NCBI RefSeq assembly: GCF_001194135.2
Contig: NC_068997.1
Coordinates: forward strand, 1,907,186-1,971,185
DNA: 64,000 nucleotides
Source of the DNA: Octopus bimaculoides
Taxonomy: Eukaryota
Direction: 5' to 3'
Part shown: positions 40,630 to 51,362 of the stretch, piece after piece
Position numbering within the stretch: the stretch's first letter is position 1
Layout: each line of letters begins with the position of its first letter
Notes under the pieces: generated by a model
Told to the model about the DNA's origin: nothing
Database searches by the model: none
Seen by the model: only the letters and a program-made list of their open reading frames with translations
Made by a program: the position numbers and the translations under genes

Positions 40630-41215
40630 TTTGGGTATGGGGGGGTATGATTAAGTACTACGTATATTTCCTATTTAGTACTGGGGATGTTTCCTTTATG
40701 AGGACGTACTACTGTTATTTGTCTGTATTTGGGTCCTTCGGGTACTTGGATAAAATGCGGTTGTCAAGTTTACCCAGGTTGCCTCCCTGTTGGTCATTGG
40801 CATGTTGGTAGAGTATTGTTGTTGTTGTTGGCATCTTTTGTCTAGGGAGACAATGGAGTTGTGCATAAACTATTCCAGTCTGGTTTTTACATTTCATGTC
40901 CTCTCCAGTTTTGCACAGGCCTGGAATAGATGTAAGAAAATCCTCGGTAGCCCAATCGTCAGGATCCCTCTCTCGACATTGCTAACGTAGTCCAAAGGTG
41001 TGCAGAGCATTACGTTTGGCACCAGCACCAGCTAGGTTGCAGGAGCTGCCTGAAGCGTGTCGAGTCAAACACTAAACCGCATACGAGGCCCCACTCCGGA
41101 TTTCTTCGAAGGTTGTCTCCTTTCCGTAACCATGGAAAAGGGCCCATACTGGATACTGTCAGCCGCACCCAGCTGAGCCCGGAACTCGTGTCAGGCAGGG
41201 TCGTCACTCCCTAAA
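40630..41215 (-). mobile_element. RTE-like LINE 5' UTR and start of coding region (decayed)
   Basis: The minus strand has a GC-rich leader (ggagacaaccttcgaagaaatccggagtggggcc..tgccaaacgtaatgctctgcacacctttggactac) of the kind I recall from RTE leaders. It leads to VLNRKYT*YLII, resembling the start of an APE domain. Family assignment is from memory. Confidence 0.45.
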
Positions 41216-41239
41216 GTAGTGACGAAAATCGCTACCCAC

Positions 41240-42465
41240 TACCTAGAGTATGGAGGACTATATTTTGTCGTCATATTGTCTCAAAAGTTCATTTAGACTT
41301 TCCACTATACTCTAAGATGTCTCACCTATGTATGTCATGTTCATATTTTTACAAGCACCTTCTATGCATCTTATGCTGTAGACTACATTTCTGGTTCTAC
41401 AGTTAATGCCATGGCTAATCCTACATACAATGCAGTTATCATTGGTGCATATGGTATTCTCAAAGGGGTACGTCCTACATAGTTGTGATCTGATGGAGTT
41501 CCTTGGCTTTTCAACAGTCTTGATGTTGAGTTTGATCTTCTTCATAGCTTTCCTAAATCTACGGGCTAGTTCTCCATGGGCTGTGGCCTCTACAAACATC
41601 ACTCCTTGATATGTGTCGGTTTTATACCACGTATTCACCCTGTTTGCTTTGTTACAAGCTCTTTGTATCCTATTCCAATCTTTGGTTTCATTACATATGT
41701 AATCTAACTTCTTTATAGCACTCCTGTATACTCGAACCCTATCTTTCTGATCATATCCAGAGAATTGCATGCAGTGCATGAAGTTCTGTACAAGTTTCTT
41801 CGTTTAATAGGGTTTGTATAGTGGGGACACGTTATTCAGTATCCTAAGTAAGTCTGCTATCAGTATGTTTATTTTCACGTTGTGTGACAAAGCAGAGTTC
41901 TTGTGATCAACATATTTCGAAGCTATGGATTTCATGTAGTAGGAGTAGAGGAGCTGCACTCTGTTCACGGTCTCTAACCAAAGTTCAGTAGCAATGAGGA
42001 GGAGGAGTCTATGGTATTCTCAAAGGGGTACGTCCTACATAGTTGCGAGGTGTCTAGTGGGGTAATCTACAGTTACCTTGATACTTTGGTGGATGGAGTT
42101 AGCTACTTGCTGGATGCTCTCCATTATGCTCCTTTTAGTTTCTGCATTACCGTTACTAGGATATTAATATCAGCTACATACCTACTGTAAAGTAGAAGAG
42201 TTGCGAACTGTTCTGCTAAGGATTGCTTAAGATTTCTGTCCCACCAGGTCATGAAGAGGCCGGCCACATCTCCAGTTACACCGATACCAATGGCTGCAGC
42301 TTGAACCTGCATGTATAGTTAGTTTCTTGTTAAACTTTACTATGTGGTTCTTCAAGGTGGTTCTTATGCTAGCCCCTATTGCATGTGCAATCATTCCTTT
42401 CCCCTGATTGTTGTTCTCAGTCTCTTGGGTGAGGACACTATGCAATGTGGCCAGCGCTTTGCGGT
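41240..42465 (-). pseudogene. Penelope-like element of Naiad type: RT C-half + Cys-rich linker + GIY-YIG
   Basis: Minus strand: TLKNHIVKFNKK/YMQVQAAAIGIGVTGDVAGLFMTWWDR..LLYSRYVADINI (RYVDD); VANSIHQSIKVTVDYP; YMKSIAS; MQFSGY; WYKTDTYQGVMFVEAT; C..NCIVC..GINCRTRNVVYSIRC..YIGETS. Confidence 0.9.
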
Positions 42466-42579
42466 ACGAAAGAGAATGACTCTCCCCAGACACAACAAAA
42501 TATGCTTCAACACACGAACTCACACAAAGAATCTTGCAGACCAAATCCCCAAAGGAAATATATATATATATATATATAT

Positions 42580-42780
42580 ATTACTCTTTTACTTGTTTCA
42601 GTCATTTGACTGCGGCCATGCTGGAGCAACGCTTTTAGTCGAGCAAATCGACCCCAGGAATTATTGTTTGTAAGCCTAGTACTTATTCTATGGGTCTCTA
42701 GGGCCGAACCGCTAAGTTACGGGTACGTAAACACACCAGCATCGGTTGTCAAGCGATGCTGGAGGGACAAACACAGACAC
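42580..42780 (-). mobile_element. SINE family B, 3' half (young)
   Basis: ttactcttttacttgtttcagtcatttgactgcggccatgctggagc..catcggttgtcaagcgatg is the reverse complement of 63020-63210. Confidence 0.9.
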
Positions 42781-42818
42781 ACAAACACACACACACACAC
42801 ACACACACACGCGCACAT

Positions 42819-42850
<32 letters not shown>

Positions 42851-43700
42851 GTGTGTGTGTGTGTCTGTATATGTATATATATGTATGTATACATTTATCT
42901 AAATATATATATATATATCTAAGGAGAGAAAATGAGTGAATGAGAGAGTGATAAGTATATGTGTGTGTGTGTGTGTGTGTGAGTGTGCGCGCGCGCGTGC
43001 GTGCGTGCTCGTGCGTGTGAACATCTGAGGCGTGAAGTGATTGAGCTGACACCACCCCTTACCCTATCTGTAAGCACACTACGTGTTATTTCAATTTTTC
43101 TTACGAAGTTCGTTGTTGTAATTCACTTGCCCTTTAGTAGGAAGTTTTCTCAATGATTATTATTTAAATGGGTTTGTGTTGTTGAATAAATATTATTTCA
43201 TTGTCTACTTGTTTTCGATTTACTCTGTACAATCGATAATGAACATGCTCAAAATTACAGATCAAGTTAATACATATGTTAAAAACAAATCGATATCGTA
43301 ATAACATACCGTCTCTGTTGATATTTCATTTTGTAACAATTGATTTATATGAATTGCTTGTTGTTACTGCTTCTCTGATATAATTGATCAATGTCGTACC
43401 TGATACGATTTCCCGCTCTTTCATTCAGACCTGTTATATCAAGTTCTGTAAAAGTCAGATGTTGAAAACAGCAGTGTTGAGATTGTTTGAAAATTGGTGT
43501 AAAATCGAAGAGAATTTCAATGTTAAATTCCTTACTTAAGTCATATATCACTTGAGCCTTGCGCACATCTTATATAAGCTCTCTGGAGAAGGGCACATTT
43601 CATTATGACTCCTTAAACATCTAAACGTCAAACAATGAGATACTAGGTATTTAACTCCGTAATCAGCTTATATAGTTACAATGTTTATATTTGCACAATA

Positions 43701-43913
43701 AGGCAGCGTGCTGGCAGAATCTGTTGTACGCCCGGCAAAATGCTTGGCATTTCGTCCGTCTTTTCGATCTGAGTTTGAATACGAGTGAGGTCGACTTTGC
43801 CTTTCATCCCTTCGGGTTCGATTAAGTAAGTAGCAGTTGGGCACCGAGGGTCGATGAAATCGACCCATCCCCTCCTCGAATTGGTTGGTTTTATTCCAAG
43901 ATTTGAAACCAAT
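43701..43913 (+). mobile_element. SINE family A
   Basis: aggcagcgtgctggcagaatc..gaggtcgactttgcctttcatcccttcggg..atttgaaaccaat. Confidence 0.8.
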
Positions 43914-44242
43914 ATTTATATACGCACTACGGTTTTAGCTTCTCAAGATTTGACGTCTGTCATTTCAAAAGTATACGTTTTCAATTTTTTTTTTATATAT
44001 TCATTATATTTCGTCTAGTTTCTTTTTCCGTCGTCTGCAGGTATCCTGTTTCTGGATTGAGATATTATCAGAGATTGGAAATGAACTAGAAAGCATCATT
44101 TCTAAAATACATTTAGCAATACTTCTATGCCCTGAAATAGGATAAGGACCCGAGATTAAGCTTAGAGCAACGTCACGTTACCGTGAATATCAGAAGTATA
44201 CACTCAAAGGGTGAGGTTAACATTATCATAATGCGTGTATCT

Positions 44243-44633
44243 TTTATCTTTTACTAGTTTCAGTCATTAAGCTGCGGCCATATTGGGGCACCGCCTCGAA
44301 GAAAATTTGTAGTTGAATTAATCGAGCCCACTACGTTTTTTTTTTCATTTTCTTAATCCTGGTATTTATTTTAACGGCCTCTTTTGCTGAACCGCTAGAT
44401 GCGGGAACATAAATACACCAACACCGGTTGTCACGTGGTAGTGGTGTACAAACACAGAAACACATAAATACGACAAGGTTCTTTCTATTTCCGTCTGCTA
44501 GCTCCATTCACGAGGCTTTGGTCGACCGGAGGCAATAGTAAAAGACACGTGCCCAAGGTGCCACTCAGTGGGACTGAACATAGAAACATGTGGCTGGTAA
44601 GCAAAGTTTTTACCTCACGCTCACGCCTGCACC
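44243..44633 (-). mobile_element. SINE family B, full-length
   Basis: Reverse complement of head (gtgcaggcgtgagc..tcagtcccactgagtggcaccttgggcacgtgtc) through the 3' end (tggccgcagc..gactgaaactagtaaaag). Confidence 0.85.
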
Positions 44634-44681
44634 GCCGGATTTGCTTTCAATTATATTTATCTAAAACAAAAAGATCCTATA

Positions 44682-44975
44682 TGCGCATAGGCGTATAGGC
44701 GTATAAGAAGCTTGCTTCTCAACCACATGGTTCCAGGTTCAGTCTCACTACGCGGAAACTTGGGCCGACCAAAGCATTGTGAGTGGATTTGGTAGGCGGA
44801 AACTGGAAGAAAACTGTTGTTAATGTATGTATATTTATGTGTATGTGTCTGTTGTCACTTGACAGCAGATGTTGGTGTGTTTATGTCCCCGTAACTACGG
44901 CAAATGAGACCCATAGAATAAGTACTAGGATTACAGAGAATAACGACTGAAAGATGTAAAAGAATAAAAGAATAA
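44682..44975 (+). mobile_element. SINE family B with internal deletions
   Basis: gcgcataggcgt..aagaagcttgcttctcaaccacatggttccaggttcagtc..ccgaccaaagcattgtgagtggatttggtag..gaataagtactagg. Confidence 0.85.
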
Positions 44976-45009
44976 GTATAAACGCGGAAATGTATGTGTG
45001 GGTACGAGG

Positions 45010-45600
45010 GAAGTGGATTACATCGATACATCGATTTTAGTATTTCCCTAGTACTTTATTTTATCGATCTCGGGAGGATGAAAGGCAAGTTGACCCAGCA
45101 GAATTTTAACTTTAGAAAGCAAAGGATAACAATTAAATATCACAATGTATTTTAATCTGACACATCTGCGATACTTATAATCCACCATCGTTATCCGATA
45201 TGAAATTTGTTACAAAAATTGCAACTTGCAACAGATTAGTAGAATCGGTGGAAAGTCGAACAATATACAAGGGTTTCTACATTTTACGTTCTGAGTTCAA
45301 ATCTAGCCGATGTCAACTTCTTTTTCATCACTCAGGGATCAATAACATAAAGTTCCAGTCAGGGACGATGTTGTCAATTAATCTCCTTCACCTGAAATTT
45401 ACTGGTCATGTACCTAAAATCAGGAGCAATTATCTTCACTGAATCATTAGTTCCGCCTTTTTTAGGTTCTGAGTTCAAACTCTGCCGACGTTAAATCCGA
45501 CTTTCATTTATTTTTGATCAAATAAAGTACCAGTTAAATATCGGGGCCTACTTAATCGAGTGACTCCTTATTGAGAAAATGGTGACCTCATACTTAGGCT
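45010..45600. mobile_element. Cluster of three decayed SINE A fragments (45010-45125 minus; 45230-45425 plus; 45460-45600 plus)
   Basis: Recurrent gttctgagttcaaa..ccga(t/c)gt and ggatgaaaggcaagttgacc motifs. Confidence 0.55.
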
Positions 45601-45639
45601 AATAACAATTTTTTTATTTGGACTGGTGGATATGAGTTT

Positions 45640-47091
45640 GTGGCTTGGAACGTTAGATGCCTTGTACATTTATTTATACACCAAGCAAAGAGGCTCCTTG
45701 CAGAGTGAAGAAATTCCCCTCTCTATCCATCATCTTCAACTGCCACTTAAACTTCTTGCAACTACCCTGCAATTTGGAAAATAACAATTCTGTGATAATT
45801 CCAAATTGCTTGATCCTACACATTTACGTTCAATTTCTCTGTAGCGTTCTTCTAAAATTCCCTTCTGTAGTAATTGGAAAGATAACATATTACAATACCA
45901 ACATTCAGCTAACATGTCGTCTGCTTTCAAAAGCATTTCGTCAATATCTGCAACATAATTCGTATGACTCTGTACCTTTACTCACTCGTTTGTCTACCTC
46001 TTTCTTGTCGAAATTACATCTGTCAACATCTGCTTGTAAGTGTAAGACTCGGCCGATTTTCGCCAATTTCCTTGTTATTCTAACTACCATCTCAAGACTT
46101 TCTTTTGTCCGTTAGATTATTTCCGTACTTTACCTAACGATAAAGACGTTCTTGAATTATTTATATCATTCAGTTGGATTTTAATATTCTTTTTACCCTT
46201 CAGAAGTATTCTCTCTTGATGTTGGCTTTCGTTAGCCCACCCTTTATATCATCAGCTTCCAGAACTTTCAGATATATCTTCATCATCGTCCTCCTTATCA
46301 TCATTGTCATTTTCATCGTCATCGACGTCGTCGTTATCATCATCAGCATCACCATCATCAACCACAAATACGTTCTGAGATCAAATTCAGCTTCAATCTT
46401 ATTCTGTCCGTTTAATTTCGAATTAAGGATCAGTCTCTTTTATCTGCTTCATGACCTCTCCTAACGGTATCGATAGCCCGTCCATACATTTGATTTTGCT
46501 TCTCTCCAAGACTAACACACCACACTTTCTCAGTCCGAACTCCATTCCGATAACAGCACTGAAAGTATCAACGAGGAAATTGACTTGGGATTCATCTTTA
46601 CCATAAAGTTTCAGGTCATCCATGAATAACAAATGTTTGAATTTTTGTTGGCGGCTTTTGCTTTCCTCAGAATCAGTTTTAGTGGTATCAAGCACAGTAC
46701 AAATATCAGTGGGGACAGGCAGTTCCCCTTGAAGATGCCCCTCCTGATTTCTATTGTCCCTAAACTTCTTCCGTATGCTGTCAAGTCCGTCCTCCAATTC
46801 GCTATACTTTTTCCAAGCAATCGTTCAACATTCGATGCAATACCAAATAGGTTCATACATTCCATAATCTAAGAGTTGGGATCGTATCGTACGCCTTACG
46901 ATAGTCGATCCATGTCACGGCTAAGTCACTTTCCCTCCTCTTGCAGTCACTAAGTACAGTTTTATCTATCAAGAGTTGATCCTTGGTGCCTCTGCACTTA
47001 CGCTTGCAACCTTTCTGTTCATGTGGCAGGACTCCATTTTTTCCAAATGTTCGTACATTGACTCTGCGAGTATTCCAGTCAATAATTTCCA

Positions 47092-47092
<1 letters not shown>
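45640..47092 (-). pseudogene. R4/Dong-like LINE (second lineage), RT domain and downstream region, 5'-truncated at (TAA)n
   Basis: Minus strand: [12 protein letters not shown]; [29 protein letters not shown]; RRGIFKGNCLSPLIFVL; HLLFMDDLKLYGK..GMEFGLRKCG; YL.VLEADDIK..IKREYF; LHLQADVDR. Confidence 0.9.
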
Positions 47093-47154
<62 letters not shown>

Positions 47155-47210
47155 CATTATTATTATTATCATTATTATTATTATTATTATTATTATCTTC
47201 ATCATTATAA

Positions 47211-47756
47211 TGCATGCTGTCATTGTGACACTGGGGTAAAGTATATGAAGCCCAATATCCACATCATGATGACACGTCTGATAAGGGTACACCACGCACA
47301 TGCATCACAACCACATGTGCGCAACATGGTGGTCTCATATCAAGATAAACAGCGCACGGCCTGGCAAGTGGGGCCCAGTTAAAATTTCTTTTTCAGATGA
47401 AGTAGGCCAACTAGTTCAAAATGTCCCTGAATAATAGTTGTTTAAGGATGTTGAACGAAGCACTCATGATTCCAGAGGTGAATTGCCCAAACCCCAAAAG
47501 AATTCCTTTCAACACAGGACTATAATGCTCCTCCACTACTTCTGCTCATGATCAGAGATGATACATTTATCGTCAGACACTAAGGGACCCACTCAACTGG
47601 TTCAGATCAAACAAATGACAAACAAATCTCTGGTATTGAGCAGAATATTTGTTGTATTTGTTTAAACCAAGACTAAACACTATACATGATAACACTTCCA
47701 ATCAGTTAAGATTAGAAGCTATGAGAGCCACGGCATGTTACTGTAGCACTGCATTT
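47211..47756 (-). mobile_element. Family C noncoding retroposon, near full-length, between ATT tracts
   Basis: Colinear with 30666-30832 and 36384-36927; no ORF. Confidence 0.8.
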
Positions 47757-47761
47757 ATTAT

Positions 47762-47880
47762 TGTTATATGATTCAATTTTGCTTTGTATATGTACAAGTT
47801 GAATCCAAGTCTCACTCAGAGACCTCAAAAGACAAGAAATTCAAGTTGGTGTTATGCATAGGGTACCATATATTTGGTTT
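47762..47880 (-). mobile_element. R4/Dong-like 3' UTR fragment
   Basis: tgtacaagttgaatccaagtctcactcagagacctcaa..tagggtaccatatatttgg matches 29935-30028. Confidence 0.8.
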
Positions 47881-47894
47881 TGCATCATCATCAT

Positions 47895-48085
47895 CATTAT
47901 GATTGTTATTTCTCTACTTCTATTATACATCCCCTTTTATAACCTTTAATGTGGCAGTATCTCCCCTTGATTGACGTTAACCCCACATGTTTTTGTTTTT
48001 GTAATTTTTTTTTATTGTACTGTAACTCGTCCTTCGATATTGTCCTTCATATCTTGGGCCCTTGTGGCGAATGAAAGAAATCAGT
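47895..48085 (+). mobile_element. Tx1-like LINE 3' UTR fragment with (ATT)n tail
   Basis: gcagtatctcccctt..gtccttcgatattgtcc..cttgggcc..aagaaat matches 29755-29872. Confidence 0.75.
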
Positions 48086-48105
48086 ATTATTATTATTATT
48101 ATTAC

Positions 48106-48145
<40 letters not shown>

Positions 48146-48959
48146 ATTATTACTGTCATTGTTATTCTATGTTGTTACCTGCTGTTGCTCTTACTGTTAT
48201 GACTGCAATTGCATAATGTGGCCGTTGTGGTGGAGTGCTTGAACTATGCGAGTAACTCAGTAAATATTGTGTAATACATTGTCACGTACTTTAGCGGTTT
48301 AGGTTCAAACATTCATTCTCATTGCATCGTTCGGGGATTTTTATATAATATGTACGAGGTGACAATGATGTTAACAATACTCTAGAGTGTTTGAACTTGT
48401 TATAATTTGAGGAAACATATGATGAATACATGGCGAATGGTTGTGTGGTTGAAGTAGTGAAGTGCAAGACTAAATACATATTAATATTTACTTTGGTAAC
48501 TAAAATCTTCACGAGTGGAATTGTGCTGTTCATAAAACTGAACGTGATGTAACCAGAAATGCGAAGTGTAAACTGAGTTTAACTCAGTTCAATGTAAGTT
48601 TCTCTTTCCCATGTTTCACACGTTTCGTTTTATGTCAAACTGAGTAAAAGTTATGAATGAACATCGTCATATATTAAAAGTGTTTTTATGTGTCAAGCAG
48701 AAAAGAGGAGGAAACATTCAAGAATTATTTGCAATTAAACTGCCTATATTTGAATTTATTTTCCAAAACATTGCCTTTCACAATATAGAAACATTTCTCA
48801 TGACTCCAGCAGACAAATTGGAAAAGGAGTTCCTTCGGAGGATGGCAAGGTAGATGTGTTTGTATGTCATAAACTCAATATGATAAAGTATTTCCTGTGA
48901 TATAATTGACGATACAGCACTAACATCTGTTCCGTCAGCAGAACGACAATGAAACACAC

Positions 48960-49455
48960 ATTTATGTTCTGACAGCATAAGGATGATGAAAGATAAGTAT
49001 TTTCTATGATGTCATAACAACAACGATTTGTGAATATCGTCTCCAATGTGATATACTAAGTGAGGTACAGATATTTGCTTTGATTTCAAAGCAATGATCA
49101 GAGAAATATATTTGTTCAGTTTCCATGAACATGACTCGATATGCAATACATAATTTACGATATCATAGCACCAATGAGATATACATATTAGTTCTGACGT
49201 CATTATAACAATGAGGCATAAATAATACTTATGATGTCATAATAATAATCAGACGTAAATACTCGCTGATAATGATAATAAAACATGCTAAGTAGTTCAA
49301 ATGCCATAGAAAATAAGACATGCTTTAGTTCTGATGTCATAATAACAATACCTTACTTCTGATATCATAATAACAATGAATATTAGCTATGATGTCATAA
49401 AGACAATAAGACGTACATTCATTATGATTTCATAATAAAACCCAGACATATTTTG
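48960..49455. repeat. Degenerate minisatellite, ~10 units, core (T/C)TGATGTCATAATAACAAT
   Basis: Cores at about 49005, 49155, 49192, 49229, 49329, 49357, 49388 and 49423, with weaker ones at 48967, 49078 and 49295. Confidence 0.8.
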
Positions 49456-49753
49456 TTTTGTCTTTCAATTTTAACTGAAAGACAGTCGAGGAAAAAGGAA
49501 AATATTTAAATATTTCAGTGTAGACAAATAAATATTAATTTATTGAAATTTTATGGCCGTCAAAACAAGATACTGAAGATTGTATGTAGATTTGTGTGTT
49601 TATGTGTGTATATGTGTGTATATGTGTCATCTATCTTTGTGCACACGTCTGTTCATATGTATGCGTGTGTCTGTGTCTATGTGAATTTATATATACTTTT
49701 TGTGTGTATTTATGAGTTTTCTGTGTATGTTTGTGTTTGTATGTGTGTGTATA

Positions 49754-49794
<41 letters not shown>

Positions 49795-51204
49795 TTGTAT
49801 TGCAGACATGTGTTTGTGTTTGTGTTTGTATATATACATGCCTGTGCATATGTGTGTGTTGTATGCGCTGTGTGTGAAATGTATGTAAATATTTTCCAGA
49901 CGTTTTATTTTTTTTAGTAGAAAGATTAACAAAAAGACAACATTGATTAGAAAAATGATTTTAAACCATTTAATTGTGATTTTCATCTATTAAACATTTG
50001 ATCTTCTAGAAATTTATATATTTAACTTGTTACTATCGCCACACGTGATCTATATTTCAGGCTATTGGTGTTGTTGTTCAACCCCAGGCCAACCCTGATC
50101 ATGTAGGCCTATGATCAAAGATGTTCGAGGCATGACCATTTATTCGAGCATCTAATAAAGACGTCTTTCTCCTAAAATGGCGTCAAGTTTGGAGATTCCT
50201 TGATTCTTCAGATTGTGTCCTTTTATCATATGGAACTGTAGACAGCTGCCAATTGGTAATTGTGATACATCTAGAGCTCGCGGAAACTTTAATAAATGAA
50301 TGATTTATGTGGTTTGATGTTTGCTATACTTGTATTTGCCTATTGTTGATGCTGGTTTACTCGCAATGGCACTGCTATTCTTTGACTAGTTTCTAGAAAT
50401 TGTTGCTGCAGTCGTTACTACCACAGGTAATGCTACCATTAATAATATAACTGTTGTAATGTCAGCGGCAGCACTGACCCATACTATCTTAGCTTCTTTT
50501 ATGAACAAAAGGTTGGAAGAGGTTAGGCAGGCATTATCACATATTTGGGACCTGGACATTTTATTCCACACCAAAACAGACACTTAGATACAGTTTAGTC
50601 GGAAAATCACGTCTGGAATCTTGTTTAGGCTTTCTGGTTTCACATGGATCAGCAAATACCGTGGGTTCTTTTTGCCTTTACCCTTTTACATGCAAGACTT
50701 CACTATCTCTCTTTCAATACATAGCATCAAACACCAGAGGTCCAATTCTGGTGATACATCCACTCAGCGATCTGTGCACACCCACATGAAGGGAAATTTA
50801 TTACCCTTACATGGGGTAGTGGAGTGCACCGGCACTATCCCGTATCAACATTTCTGTACATTTTTTCCCCAAATCCTGTTAGGTGCAGACAAATTACAGA
50901 TATCAATTGAAGGAGCGGGGACAGATCTTTTATAATATATATTAGCTCATAATAATTTATGTCTATTATCATTATAGAATAATTACTTGAAATGCATATT
51001 ATAAACAGAAGTGTAATTAAAGAGGGGTATAATTTAGATTAAACTGAACAACCCTCAAAATATACAGGTGGGAAACCACTATCCGGCTCAGATCAGGACT
51101 GCCAACAACTCTGACCATCTCTTTTCTCGAAATGAATTTCACGAAGCTCTTTATCTCCCAAAATGTCAGTGAATAATTGTGCTGTTCTATATTTAAGAGA
51201 TGAG

Positions 51205-51362
51205 GAATTATGTACATTATTTACATTCGACGGATGTTTGTCCTCATCTTGTTTGTTGTTAACACAACGTTTAGGCTGATGTACCCTCCAGCCTTCTTAA
51301 GGTGTCTTGGGGAAATTTCCAACCTGGGTCCTCATTCCCAGGGTATTTTCGATCTCATTATT
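51205..51362 (-). mobile_element. PLE-type terminal repeat fragment carrying a hammerhead motif (51256-51308)
   Basis: Minus strand: gacac CTTAAGA aggctg-gagggtacat-cagcc TAAA cg TT gtgtt. Stems I and II pair; there are two core substitutions (G5>U, G12>U). Confidence 0.65.

Noticed and set aside
43345-43566. 73-aa minus-strand ORF VRKAQVIYDLSKEFNIEILFDF..
   Set aside because: No recognisable motif, no ATG and no convincing acceptor in frame.
44041-44210. Strong plus-strand acceptors at 44040 and 9955, and a minus-strand acceptor at about 61687
   Set aside because: The downstream sequence has stops in all frames or runs into microsatellite. Such signals arise by chance in T-rich DNA.
48960-49455. 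CRISPR-like repeat-spacer appearance
   Set aside because: The context is eukaryotic, the repeats are short and degenerate, the spacers are related to each other, and there are no cas genes.
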